Source: Candidatus Enterousia sp. | GTDB lineage: Bacteria > Pseudomonadota > Alphaproteobacteria > Rs-D84 | DNA length: 64,000 bases | Reading direction: 5' to 3' | Assembly (NCBI GenBank): GCA_045617905.1 | Contig: JAZLJO010000003.1 | Location: 3,988 to 67,987 of the forward strand | In this document: in pieces, positions 8,290 through 18,023 of the stretch | Position numbering within the stretch: position 1 is the stretch's first letter | Layout: the number at the start of each line of letters is the position of its first letter | Translations under genes and position numbers: made by a program | The notes under the pieces: model-generated | Told to the model about the DNA's origin: nothing | Database searches by the model: none | Seen by the model: only the letters and a program-made list of their open reading frames with translations

Positions 8290-8517
8290 TTATTTTTTAA
8301 TAATGCCCTGACCACTATGCTTTACAGACTTTAACCCCATACGTAACGAATCTTCTGCAATTTGACGAATTTTCGGGGCAAATGTACGCATTTTCATTGC
8401 ATCTGCAACCCCATCCGCAAATATCTTGGCAATACTTTCTATCACAGCCGGCGTAACATAGTAAACTTCACCCACTATCTTCGTTGGCGATAAATTTTGC
8501 ACTTTTTCCATTCTCAT
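8290..8517 (-). CDS. hypothetical small protein
   Basis: 75-aa ORF in an otherwise empty interval; no motif recognised. Confidence 0.4.
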   Translation of the reverse strand: MRMEKVQNLSPTKIVGEVYYVTPAVIESIAKIFADGVADAMKMRTFAPKIRQIAEDSLRMGLKSVKHSGQGIIKK

Positions 8518-8592
8518 CCCCCCAAATATTGGAAATAAATTAATCTACAACACTTGTTAATATTTACACACGTATTATATACATAAAGAACC

Positions 8593-8621
8593 TTGACCGC
8601 AAGTCGCAAAATTGATATAAA
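8593..8621 (+). promoter_or_regulatory. sigma70-like promoter for secA
   Basis: TTGACC, 17-nt spacer, TATAAA. An AAGGA ribosome-binding site sits 7 nt before ATG 8649. Confidence 0.45.
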
Positions 8622-8648
8622 ATATGCAGAAATATTAAGGATTTGATT

Positions 8649-11255
8649 ATGTTAAATACAATCATTGGTAAATTTTTAGGATCGGCGAACGATAGAATCG
8701 TTAAATCGTATGACAAAACTGTTTCCCTAATTAACGATTTAGAACCCAAATATCGTGCAATGTCAGATGATCAATTGCGGGCCCAAACAATTGCATTACG
8801 CGAACGCTTAATTGGCGGCGAACATGAACACAATATTTTACCAGATGCATTTGCCCTGGTCCGCGAGGCTGCAAACAGATCAATCGGTCTGCGCCATTTT
8901 AACGTTCAAATGATTGGCGGAATGGTTTTAACACATGGTCAAATCGCCGAAATGCGTACCGGCGAAGGAAAAACATTGGTTGCAACATCTGCTCTGTTCT
9001 TAAAGGCATTATACGGACGCGGGGCACACTTGATTACGGTTAACGATTATTTGGCATCACGCGATGCCCAATGGATGGGACAAATTTATAAATTTTTGGG
9101 ATTAAGTATCGGCATCATTCAACATGATATGACTGATGACGAACGTCGTGCGGCGTATGCATGCGATATAACATATGTTACAAATTCTGAATTAGGCTTT
9201 GATTATTTACGGGATAATATGAAATTTTCCAAAGAACAACAGGTGTTACGTCCATTCTTTTTCGCAATTGTTGACGAAGTTGACAGTATTTTAATTGACG
9301 AAGCACGTACACCATTAATTATTTCTGGCCCATCTGAAGACAGCAGTGAATTATATGCTCGTATTGATGACGTAGTTATTCAATTAACCCCCGCAGATTT
9401 CAAAAAAGACGAGAAAGATCGCCATGTTACATTAACTGATTCTGGTGTTGATAATATCACAACTCTTTTAAAAAATACTGGTTTATTGGTTGGAGATAAC
9501 TTGTATGCCCCAGAAAATGCTGCATTAGTTATGCATATTCAACAATCTTTATTAGCCCACCATTTGTATCAAAAAAATGTTAATTACGTTGTACGCAACG
9601 GTGAAATTTTAATTGTTGATGAATTCACAGGACGCGTTATGACGGGACGGCGTTTTGGCAAAGGTTTACATCAGGCAATCGAAGCCAAAGAACATGTTAC
9701 CGTCCAACCAGAAAACCAGACTGTTTCCAGTATTTCATATCAAAATCTGTTCCGTCTGTATCCAACATTATCCGGTATGACGGGAACTGCCATGACCGAA
9801 GCTGCAGAATTTGAAGAAATATATAAATTACGTGTAGTTTCAATTCCAACCAATCGACCGGTTGCCCGTATTGATCATCATGACGAAATATATCGAAACA
9901 AAACTGAAAAATTTGACGCAATTGTAAAACAAATCCAAGATTGTATGAGCCGTGGGCAACCTGTATTAGTTGGAACATCTTCGATTGAAAAATCCGAAGA
10001 ATTGGCCACAATTGTTCGCAATCGTTTAGGAATTAATCCGGCGGTATTAAATGCAAAACAACACGAATCAGAGGCAAAAATCGTTGCCCAGGCTGGTGCC
10101 CCAGGGGCCGTTACAATCGCAACCAATATGGCAGGACGTGGAACCGATATTAAATTGGGTGGTAATGCCGAGGCATTAATTTCAGAATTAGATAACACCG
10201 CACCGGATTACGAAAGCAAAAAACAAGAAATTTATAATCGTATTGAAGAAAACAAAAAAAAGGTATTAAACGCAGGTGGCTTATATGTTATTGGAACCGA
10301 ACGACACGAATCACGACGCATCGACAATCAATTACGTGGCCGTTCCGGTCGTCAGGGCGATCCAGGGGATTCAAAATTCTTTTTGGCATTAGATGACGAT
10401 TTAATGCGTATATTTGGTGCAACGCGTTTAAATGGAATGTTAACAACCTTAGGATTAAAACCAGGCGAAGCCATAACACACCCATGGATAACCAAGGCAT
10501 TAGAAAAAGCTCAAAAACGGGTTGAAGCCAGATATTTCGAAGCACGTAAAGAGTTATTAAAATACGATGATGTTATGAATGAACAACGTGGTGTTATATA
10601 CAAACAACGCGACGATTTGATGACCAGCACTGATTTATCGCCATTGGTTCACGAAATAATTGGCGATGTGGTGGAAATTATTTGTGAAAATAATATTCCG
10701 GAAAAGTCACACCCAATGGATTGGAATATTGCGGGCATTCATAACGCAATGATGCAGATGTTTGCATTAGATATAACAGATATTGAAAAATGGAAATCTG
10801 ACGAACAAATCAGTGAACGCAAGGCATATGAAACATTACACAACTTAGCATTACGTCGTTTTGAAGCACAATCGACAAAACATGGCCCAGAATTAATGCA
10901 AATGGCAATGCGTCAAATGATGTTAGGTGCATTAGATAATGTCTGGAAACGCCATCTGCAACAAATGGATTATCTACAAACAGGCATAGGATTACGCGGT
11001 TATGCTCAAAAAAATCCATTATATGAATATAAACGTGAAGCATTAGAATTGTTCAGAAATACTTTTAACAATTTCAAAATAATGTCTATCGCATATATAT
11101 CCAGAATGGATTTAACACGTAATGATATCGCACAAAACGAACAAAAACAGACAGAACACGATGAAAATTTAAATCCTGCCACCGAACATCGTAATACACC
11201 ATGTCCATGTGGTTCAGGATTAAAATACAAACATTGTTGTGGTAAATTGAATTAA
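8649..11255 (+). CDS. secA: preprotein translocase ATPase SecA
   Basis: MLNTIIGKFLGSANDRIVK N-terminus, MRTGEGKT Walker A, DEVDSILIDEARTPLIIS, TNMAGRGTDI, and C-terminal Zn finger CPCGSGLKYKHCCG. I moved the start to ATG 8649, in place of the TTG at 8643 in the track. Confidence 0.97.
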   Translation: MLNTIIGKFLGSANDRIVKSYDKTVSLINDLEPKYRAMSDDQLRAQTIALRERLIGGEHEHNILPDAFALVREAANRSIGLRHFNVQMIGGMVLTHGQIAEMRTGEGKTLVATSALFLKALYGRGAHLITVNDYLASRDAQWMGQIYKFLGLSIGIIQHDMTDDERRAAYACDITYVTNSELGFDYLRDNMKFSKEQQVLRPFFFAIVDEVDSILIDEARTPLIISGPSEDSSELYARIDDVVIQLTPADFKKDEKDRHVTLTDSGVDNITTLLKNTGLLVGDNLYAPENAALVMHIQQSLLAHHLYQKNVNYVVRNGEILIVDEFTGRVMTGRRFGKGLHQAIEAKEHVTVQPENQTVSSISYQNLFRLYPTLSGMTGTAMTEAAEFEEIYKLRVVSIPTNRPVARIDHHDEIYRNKTEKFDAIVKQIQDCMSRGQPVLVGTSSIEKSEELATIVRNRLGINPAVLNAKQHESEAKIVAQAGAPGAVTIATNMAGRGTDIKLGGNAEALISELDNTAPDYESKKQEIYNRIEENKKKVLNAGGLYVIGTERHESRRIDNQLRGRSGRQGDPGDSKFFLALDDDLMRIFGATRLNGMLTTLGLKPGEAITHPWITKALEKAQKRVEARYFEARKELLKYDDVMNEQRGVIYKQRDDLMTSTDLSPLVHEIIGDVVEIICENNIPEKSHPMDWNIAGIHNAMMQMFALDITDIEKWKSDEQISERKAYETLHNLALRRFEAQSTKHGPELMQMAMRQMMLGALDNVWKRHLQQMDYLQTGIGLRGYAQKNPLYEYKREALELFRNTFNNFKIMSIAYISRMDLTRNDIAQNEQKQTEHDENLNPATEHRNTPCPCGSGLKYKHCCGKLN

Positions 11256-11262
11256 TTAAAAG

Positions 11263-11288
11263 TCCCACCGAATTGGTGGGATTTTTTT
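11263..11288. terminator. rho-independent terminator between convergent genes
   Basis: TCCCACC-gaatt-GGTGGGA followed by T7. Confidence 0.6.
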
Positions 11289-11289
11289 A

Positions 11290-11670
11290 CTAACGGTTTC
11301 TATTTCTGCGGCTAATATTTTGCCAAAACACACATTTTCCCGTCACGGGACTGGCCCGTACTACAATCGTATCCGTCGGCAACGTATCCCACCCCTGGAA
11401 AGGATCCGTATCAGACGTTATCATATTATACTCGTGCAGCATTTTCCCTTCATTTCGATGAAAAACAATGTTTTTTCTATTGTTCAAAGCATCTTGAAAA
11501 ACATAATCAACGATACATGTATCTACCTCAGCATTAGAACCACGGGGAATACATGTTCCCATATGTTTATCCAATGCATTTGCGGCATGTACAGACAACA
11601 TCGTTGCGAATAATGTCGACAACCCAGCAAGCGCAAAATTACCAACTAACAAATTTCTATTACTAGACAT
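11290..11670 (-). CDS. hypothetical secreted protein
   Basis: Start chosen at MSSNRNLLVGNFALAGLSTLFATMLSVHAANA (signal peptide, GGGG ribosome-binding site 5 nt upstream). The ORF in the track extends to 11727. Confidence 0.5.
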   Translation of the reverse strand: MSSNRNLLVGNFALAGLSTLFATMLSVHAANALDKHMGTCIPRGSNAEVDTCIVDYVFQDALNNRKNIVFHRNEGKMLHEYNMITSDTDPFQGWDTLPTDTIVVRASPVTGKCVFWQNISRRNRNR

Positions 11671-11789
11671 ATTAACCCCTATATCTTTTGATATCATAGA
11701 AGATTTATTTTCAATGTCAAGGAACACAAAATATCCATAACCATTATTGTTTTGGGTTTATTTCAAAAAAACAGAATAGAATTCCAATA

Positions 11790-12536
11790 TTATTTTTTTA
11801 AGCCAATATCTTTATTAAATAAACGCCAATATTCGCGTTCAACCGCATCAAACAACGCCCGTTTTTCCGGTCGATGTGTCCGATACAGGCGCCAATAAAA
11901 ATCACCAAATTGTGCATTTTCCCAATCAATTACAGCAATTATTTTCAATGTTTTTTTATCAACAATAAAATTTTCTAAATTATCCCAATCTTCATGATTC
12001 CAACCATAAAATGGTCTTGGAATATCCACACCATGATTTTTATATTTTTTCAAACCATCAGGATCTTGTTTCGCAACAACAAATAAAAATTCTGCAATTT
12101 GTTTGCCCAACATATCTGCATTTTTTATAATTGTTTTTGGTGCAACATGTGCCAAATCCGTTCCACGAATAAATTTGTATTTACGAACAACTTCCCGCCC
12201 CATATCAAATAATTCAACATCCAACACCGGTAATGGTGAAACATTTTTCATATAATCTACAATTTCTTTTTCCCGTCGTGCAACGTTAACGCCATTGCGC
12301 ATACATGAAAATTTATAGACATATTTTTTATCAACACCCAAAACCAAACTTTTACCCCCCGCCCCATAAAACCGTTCTATATTTACGTTTTTACCATGCA
12401 TACGACGCACAAATCGCATACACCGCGACAATGGGGCCGCAACATTTACACGGGTCCGTAAACGTGCCCCGTGATTATATACAAAACCTGCAATTATATT
12501 TGCATACATTTTTCTTATTGCAATTGGTGGTATCAT
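11790..12536 (-). CDS. phosphotransferase (APH/choline-kinase-like) family protein, paralogue 2
   Basis: Kinase-like motifs WNHEDWDNLENFIVD and AVIDWENAQFGDF. Tandem paralogue of 12533-13264. Confidence 0.6.
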   Translation of the reverse strand: MIPPIAIRKMYANIIAGFVYNHGARLRTRVNVAAPLSRCMRFVRRMHGKNVNIERFYGAGGKSLVLGVDKKYVYKFSCMRNGVNVARREKEIVDYMKNVSPLPVLDVELFDMGREVVRKYKFIRGTDLAHVAPKTIIKNADMLGKQIAEFLFVVAKQDPDGLKKYKNHGVDIPRPFYGWNHEDWDNLENFIVDKKTLKIIAVIDWENAQFGDFYWRLYRTHRPEKRALFDAVEREYWRLFNKDIGLKK

Positions 12537-13264
12537 TTTTTATCCCTATCACATAAATTTAAATATTTTGTCCGAACCATTTGCATAAAATCGGTTCCTA
12601 AATCCAAAGAACTTGTAAATATTTTAGAAAAATCACCATATTTGAAATCTTCCCAATCAATAACAGATATAATTTGCATTGTATTTGAATCAACAATAAA
12701 ATTACCACATATATCCGTATGACACCAACCATTCATTATAGCACGTGGTTTGGCGTTATCTGGAACCAAATCGGCAATTTCATCGGGGGCTGATTTTGCA
12801 ATAACATACATAAACTCCGCAATTTCGTCTGAAAAATTATCCCAATTTTCCAATATTTCATTTCGTTTCAATTCACCAAAAGTTTTTCCTGCAATATATT
12901 CATATTTACGAACACATACGCCCCCCATATCTACAATTTGCATATCAGGAATATGAATAGGTGAAATAGCTTTCATTGCCTTAACAATACGTAATTCTCG
13001 ATTAGCCAGCGCATTTATATTCATATTACCAACCGGAAATTTATACGCCCATTTATTGTTAACCAATATTATAATATTTTTTGTTCCATACCCATACTTA
13101 ATATGAACATTATACAAAGCAACACCCAAATCATGACGAATAAAACGTTTATACCGCCAAATATCAGAATTTAAATATGCCCTAACCTGTTTACGACGTG
13201 CTTTTCCGGGGATAAAACCACAAATAATATTTACCAAAACGCGTCTTGCTTTATTCAAATTCAT
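12533..13264 (-). CDS. phosphotransferase (APH/choline-kinase-like) family protein, paralogue 1
   Basis: CHTDICGNFIVD (HxD...N catalytic loop) and SVIDWEDFKYGDF. 4-nt overlap with the downstream paralogue. Confidence 0.6.
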   Translation of the reverse strand: MNLNKARRVLVNIICGFIPGKARRKQVRAYLNSDIWRYKRFIRHDLGVALYNVHIKYGYGTKNIIILVNNKWAYKFPVGNMNINALANRELRIVKAMKAISPIHIPDMQIVDMGGVCVRKYEYIAGKTFGELKRNEILENWDNFSDEIAEFMYVIAKSAPDEIADLVPDNAKPRAIMNGWCHTDICGNFIVDSNTMQIISVIDWEDFKYGDFSKIFTSSLDLGTDFMQMVRTKYLNLCDRDKK

Positions 13265-13310
13265 AAGAACCCTTTGTTACACACAAGTGTAAAGTATATT
13301 TACATATTTT

Positions 13311-13345
13311 CAACCAAATAAAACGGGCACCATTTGGTGCCTGTT
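13311..13345 (-). terminator. hairpin terminator downstream of the MerR-family gene
   Basis: aacgggcacc-attt-ggtgcctgtt stem followed by a T-rich run on the minus strand. Confidence 0.45.
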
Positions 13346-13732
13346 TTATTTGCCTGTTAATATACTGCGGGCACGTTGTAACATATCAATTGCCAAATTA
13401 ACAGAATCAATGTCCGGTGACATGCGTTCTATATCGTTATTTGGTCCAACATTCCCAACAATAATATTTTCAATATCTGCAGATGTTGGCAATTCACCTT
13501 TAAGTAACATTTTTTTTACACCTGCAATCGTCATACCACGATTATATAATAAATCTTTGATAACAACCAATGTATCAACCGTTTCTGGTCGATAATAACG
13601 ATGCCCACCAGCCCCTGTGGTCGGTTTAATCGCCACAGGAAACTGCTTTTCCCAATACCGTAATGTATGTGCAGGGATATTCAACTGTTTGGATACCTGT
13701 TTTATCGACGCAAAATATTCGTTTTCCATCAC
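13346..13732 (-). CDS. MerR-family transcriptional regulator
   Basis: IKQVSKQLNIPAHTLRYWEKQF...GHRYYRPETVDTLVVIKDLLYNRGMTIAGVKKML is a typical MerR helix-turn-helix plus wing. Confidence 0.8.
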   Translation of the reverse strand: MMENEYFASIKQVSKQLNIPAHTLRYWEKQFPVAIKPTTGAGGHRYYRPETVDTLVVIKDLLYNRGMTIAGVKKMLLKGELPTSADIENIIVGNVGPNNDIERMSPDIDSVNLAIDMLQRARSILTGK

Positions 13733-13735
13733 CCG

Positions 13736-16474
13736 TTACCCTATTTCTGTTTCATTTTCCACAACATCGGCATCTGCCTCATCATCACTAACAATCGATA
13801 TTGCAGATACAACCTTTTCGTTATCAGCCGTACGTAACAATGTTACACCCGCGGTACTGCGACCGGCAATACGAACATCATCAACCGGCGTACGAATGAT
13901 TTTTCCACCATTTGTTACCATGATTATATCATGCCCATCACAAACTGGGAACGATCCAGCCACCGCGGTATTTTTACCACCCAGCTTAATATTCGCAAAT
14001 CCATTACCACCACGATGGGTCGTTCGATATTCATATGAGCTGGTCCGTTTACCAAAACCATTTTCAGATACAGTCAAAATAAATTGTTCTTTGGCGGCCA
14101 ATTCTGACATTTTTGCATCATCCAATACCAAATCTGTTGTCTCTTCATCTGCATCAGATTCTTCCTCAACCCCGCCCGCGGCCCGTCGTGCCGCACGACT
14201 TTGTTTAATATATGCTGCACGAACAGATGCATCATCTTCGCCATGGGTCAACATCGCCATACCGATAATCCGATCGTCGGAATTTAAATTCAATCCACGA
14301 ACACCGGTTGAATTACGTCCGGCAAATATACGAATTTCTGGAACCGGGAATCGAATACACCGACCACGATATGTCGCCAAAAATACATCTTGATTTTCAT
14401 CACATGGCAAAACGGATACCAAACTGTCTCCTTCATCTAATTTCATTGCAATTTTACCATTTGCACGAATCGAATCAAAATCAGACATACGATTACGACG
14501 AACCGTCCCTGATGCCGTTGCAAACATCAAGAAACGTTCTGCAACCGTTGCATCAACATTTTGTTCATTTTCTTCTGGAACAGGCAATATTGCTGTAATT
14601 GTTTCACCATCAGATAACGGTAACAAATTAACCAATGGGCGCCCCTTGGCCGCAGCCGCAGCCTCTGGCAATTTATATGTTTTCAACTTATAACACAATC
14701 CCTTAGAACTAAAGAACAACAATGGGGTATGTGTATTTGCAACAAACACCTGAACGACATAATCGTCTTCTTTGGTTGTCATTGCATTACGTCCTTTGCC
14801 ACCGCGTTTTTGTGCACGATATGTATCCAACGCAACACGTTTAATATACCCCGTATTGGAAACAGTGATAACCATATCTTCACGTGCAATCAAATCTTCA
14901 ATATCAATATCAATTTCTGCATCAGATATTTCTGTACGTCGATCACTGGCCCAATTATCACGAACCGTTGTCGTTTCTTCACGAATAATTTGAACAATAC
15001 GCGCAGCACTGCCCAATATATCTAATAAATCTTTAATTTGTCCCCCTAACACCGTTAAATCATTGTGTATCTTATCGCGTTCCAAACCGGTCAAACGATG
15101 TAATTGTAATTCCAAAATCGCACGTGCCTGATCTTCGGACATATAAAACATACCATCCTTGTATTCAGTATTTGGATCATCAATCAACTGAATATACGCT
15201 TCAATATCCGATGCACGCCATCCGCGGGAAATCAATGCTTCGCGTGCAATATCTGGATTGGCACTGGTCTTAATTAATTCAATAACTTCATCTAAATTTC
15301 CAACCGCTACCGACAACCCTAACAATGTATGTGCACGAGCACGGGCCTTATTCAAATCAAAGATTGTACGACGGCGTATAACCTCTGTTCTAAAATCAAT
15401 AAAAGCATCCAACACCCCACGAACATTAAATAACATAGGTCGTCCACGATTCAACGCCATCATATTTACCGGGAAATTTGTTTGCATTTCAGTATATTGG
15501 AACAAATGATTTAACACAACATCATACATTGCATCACGTTTCAATTCGATTACAACACGAACACCCTCTTTGGACGATTCATCACGAATTTCAGAAATAC
15601 CTTCGATACGTTTATCTTTAATCAATTCGGCAATTTTTATAATCATTTGTGCCTTATTAACCTGATACGGAATTTCATCAACAACAATAGCCTGATGATC
15701 ATGAAATGTTTCCGCATGCGTTTTTGCACGAACAATTATCGATCCACGTCCAGTTGTATGTGCTTTATAGGCCCCGGCACGTCCCATAACAATTCCACCG
15801 GTCGGAAAATCAGGTCCAGGAATAATCGAAAACAACTCATCATCACTGATTTCATTATTATCTAAAATCGCCAAAATACCGTTACAAATTTCCCCCAAAT
15901 TATATGTTGGAACATTCGTCGCCATACCGACCGCAATACCCGAACCACCATTAACCAAGAAATTTGGAAATTTCGTCGGCAATACAATCGGTTCTTGTAA
16001 AGAACCATCAAAATTAGGTTGCCAATCAACCGTATCTTTATCCATATCATCCATCATGGATGCACCCAACTTTGACAAACGGGCCTCCGTATAACGCATT
16101 GCCGCTGCCTTATCACCATCACGCGACCCAAAATTACCTTGTCCCTGAACCAACATTTCCCCCATAGAAAAATCTTGTCCCATACGAACCATGGCTTCGT
16201 AAATAGAACTATCTCCATGTGGGTGATATTTACCCATAACATCACCAACAATACGTGCCGACTTTACTGTTGCACGCGTTGCAGGGGCCACATCATTCAT
16301 CACATACAAAATTCGACGATGAACAGGTTTACAACCATCCCTAACATCAGGCAATGCACGATCAACAATAACCGACATAGCATAGTCCAAAAAGCTTGTT
16401 CGCATTTCATGTTCAATAGACGATTGCGGAACTTTAACTTCATTAATTTCATTATTGTTTTGTATTTCAGACAT
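13736..16474 (-). CDS. gyrA: DNA gyrase subunit A
   Basis: [46 protein letters not shown], and C-terminal beta-pinwheel repeats. Confidence 0.97.
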   Translation of the reverse strand: MSEIQNNNEINEVKVPQSSIEHEMRTSFLDYAMSVIVDRALPDVRDGCKPVHRRILYVMNDVAPATRATVKSARIVGDVMGKYHPHGDSSIYEAMVRMGQDFSMGEMLVQGQGNFGSRDGDKAAAMRYTEARLSKLGASMMDDMDKDTVDWQPNFDGSLQEPIVLPTKFPNFLVNGGSGIAVGMATNVPTYNLGEICNGILAILDNNEISDDELFSIIPGPDFPTGGIVMGRAGAYKAHTTGRGSIIVRAKTHAETFHDHQAIVVDEIPYQVNKAQMIIKIAELIKDKRIEGISEIRDESSKEGVRVVIELKRDAMYDVVLNHLFQYTEMQTNFPVNMMALNRGRPMLFNVRGVLDAFIDFRTEVIRRRTIFDLNKARARAHTLLGLSVAVGNLDEVIELIKTSANPDIAREALISRGWRASDIEAYIQLIDDPNTEYKDGMFYMSEDQARAILELQLHRLTGLERDKIHNDLTVLGGQIKDLLDILGSAARIVQIIREETTTVRDNWASDRRTEISDAEIDIDIEDLIAREDMVITVSNTGYIKRVALDTYRAQKRGGKGRNAMTTKEDDYVVQVFVANTHTPLLFFSSKGLCYKLKTYKLPEAAAAAKGRPLVNLLPLSDGETITAILPVPEENEQNVDATVAERFLMFATASGTVRRNRMSDFDSIRANGKIAMKLDEGDSLVSVLPCDENQDVFLATYRGRCIRFPVPEIRIFAGRNSTGVRGLNLNSDDRIIGMAMLTHGEDDASVRAAYIKQSRAARRAAGGVEEESDADEETTDLVLDDAKMSELAAKEQFILTVSENGFGKRTSSYEYRTTHRGGNGFANIKLGGKNTAVAGSFPVCDGHDIIMVTNGGKIIRTPVDDVRIAGRSTAGVTLLRTADNEKVVSAISIVSDDEADADVVENETEIG

Positions 16475-16942
16475 ACTAATTTTTCCCCTATATTTAATAC
16501 AGAAAGAATAGCAAATTTTTGGTCATCTGGTCAAGAAATAACCCTAAAAAAACTATTTGACAAAGAGCATATTTGTAATACAATTAATTACATGGGATTG
16601 ATAACTGAATCTTTAAAAGAAGCGCGCGATATTGCAGACGCCTATTTAAACTGTTCTAAAACATTAAATTGGACTGATAAAATATCATTTAAAATCAGCA
16701 AATATAATTTAGAACAGGCAATTAGATTGATTCAATACATCAAATCACTGAACCAAAAAGGCAAGTAAAACTAAGGGATTATAAATGTTTTACCCGTTAT
16801 GGCGTTTATTTATTTTATTATTATCGTATAACCTGATGTTGGAAGGTTTAAAGAAATTAGGAATAATAAACGAAAAATCTAAATAAAAAGGTTGCGTTTT
16901 TCAAAAACGTATGGTTTAATATACGCACAAAAGGATTTAATT

Positions 16943-17095
16943 ATGGCAACAAAACGTACATATCAACCATCGAAAACACGTCGTGTTCAGACACACGGAT
17001 TCCGTGAACGTATGGCAACAAGGGGTGGTCGCGCGGTATTAAATCGTCGTCGCGCATGTGGCCGCAAAAGATTGGCAGTTAGTGCTGCAAATTAA
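16943..17095 (+). CDS. rpmH: 50S ribosomal protein L34
   Basis: [37 protein letters not shown]. Start moved to the internal ATG of the track ORF. Confidence 0.95.
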   Translation: MATKRTYQPSKTRRVQTHGFRERMATRGGRAVLNRRRACGRKRLAVSAAN

Positions 17096-17118
17096 AAAAC
17101 GCCAATCGGCGTTTTTTA
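17094..17118 (+). terminator. rho-independent terminator after rpmH
   Basis: aaaaAACGCC-aatc-GGCGTTtttt. Confidence 0.6.
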
Positions 17119-17183
17119 ATTTAAACAAAATTCCATAAATAAATTATGGGATTTTTTATTTTTTCATATTCTTACCCAAACCA

Positions 17184-17216
17184 AACATATAAACCAACAG
17201 GTTTATATGTTTTTTA
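17184..17216. terminator. perfect 12-bp hairpin terminator between convergent genes
   Basis: AACATATAAACC-aaca-GGTTTATATGTT followed by tttt. Confidence 0.55.
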
Positions 17217-17284
17217 GTATTTTTTATGTCTCATTTATTATTAGAAACATAATTTATTATAGGAAATAACCGCGTTACCGATTT

Positions 17285-18019
17285 TTACTTATCCAAATCT
17301 TGCCATATACATTTAATCTGAGCATGTGTCGATTCGCCGGTACGAATTTTATGATGCGACACCAATCCATCAATCGCAACATCAATCGCAACTGAGGGAG
17401 TATTGGGATTAATTTCTTTTTGAAAATTTATTTCAATCCCACTTAACCTATGTTGATTACGATATTCATACCCAACACTTTCGGTTGCCCACACCACATA
17501 TACCGCATTATTAATATGTTGATTAACATCAATATCATCGAATCGACATTTAAAGACGTGTGTCTTTGATGGTTCAAACCCTGGGAATTTATCAAATCCA
17601 CGTTCCCACGCACGTTCTGATAAATTCAAACTATCTGGAACATGTTCTGTCAAACGAACAGGCCGTCTGGTATTTAAATCAATTAATATCCATTGTGACG
17701 TTGCCCTAACCATTAAACGGTTATCTGTCCCACGAATTTCGAAATCACGAACTGCACGCAAACTATCTGAAACCGACGGCCACGTTGATATACAAATTTC
17801 TTCCCCCGTTCTTGGCATTTCAATAATATCAACCAAATAATGGGTTACGACCCACGCCAAACCGTGTGCAATACAATACGAATAACCAAAGCCCAATTGT
17901 TCGGCGTGCTTATCCGCCACCCCTTGCAATTCGTTCATCAAAATCAAAGGTCGTACATTACCATAACGATCGCATTGATATGCCTGTAATACGCGTGATT
18001 CTATTAATTTTGTTGTCAT
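17285..18019 (-). CDS. acyl-ACP thioesterase family protein
   Basis: Double hot-dog layout. The N-terminal YQCDRYGNVRPLILMNELQGVADKHAEQLG and the second-half DIDVNQHINNAVYVVWATES match the FatA/B-type acyl-ACP thioesterase pattern as I recall it. Confidence 0.7.
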   Translation of the reverse strand: MTTKLIESRVLQAYQCDRYGNVRPLILMNELQGVADKHAEQLGFGYSYCIAHGLAWVVTHYLVDIIEMPRTGEEICISTWPSVSDSLRAVRDFEIRGTDNRLMVRATSQWILIDLNTRRPVRLTEHVPDSLNLSERAWERGFDKFPGFEPSKTHVFKCRFDDIDVNQHINNAVYVVWATESVGYEYRNQHRLSGIEINFQKEINPNTPSVAIDVAIDGLVSHHKIRTGESTHAQIKCIWQDLDK

Positions 18020-18023
18020 TTAA

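Noticed and set aside
10254-10261. A8 homopolymer inside secA as a possible slippery or phase-variable site
   Set aside because: The reading frame is intact through a conserved region (EENKKKVLNAGGL) of an essential gene. It simply encodes Lys-Lys in an AT-rich genome.
13617-14393. 258-aa plus-strand ORF
   Set aside because: It lies almost entirely antisense to gyrA and the adjacent MerR-family gene, which are unambiguous. Its Ser/Thr/Pro/Ala-rich composition is typical of a shadow ORF.
16139-16768. 209-aa plus-strand ORF
   Set aside because: Most of it is antisense to the gyrA 5' end. Only the tail (ATG 16592 to 16768, 58 aa) is intergenic. That tail lacks a ribosome-binding site, so I did not list it as a feature.
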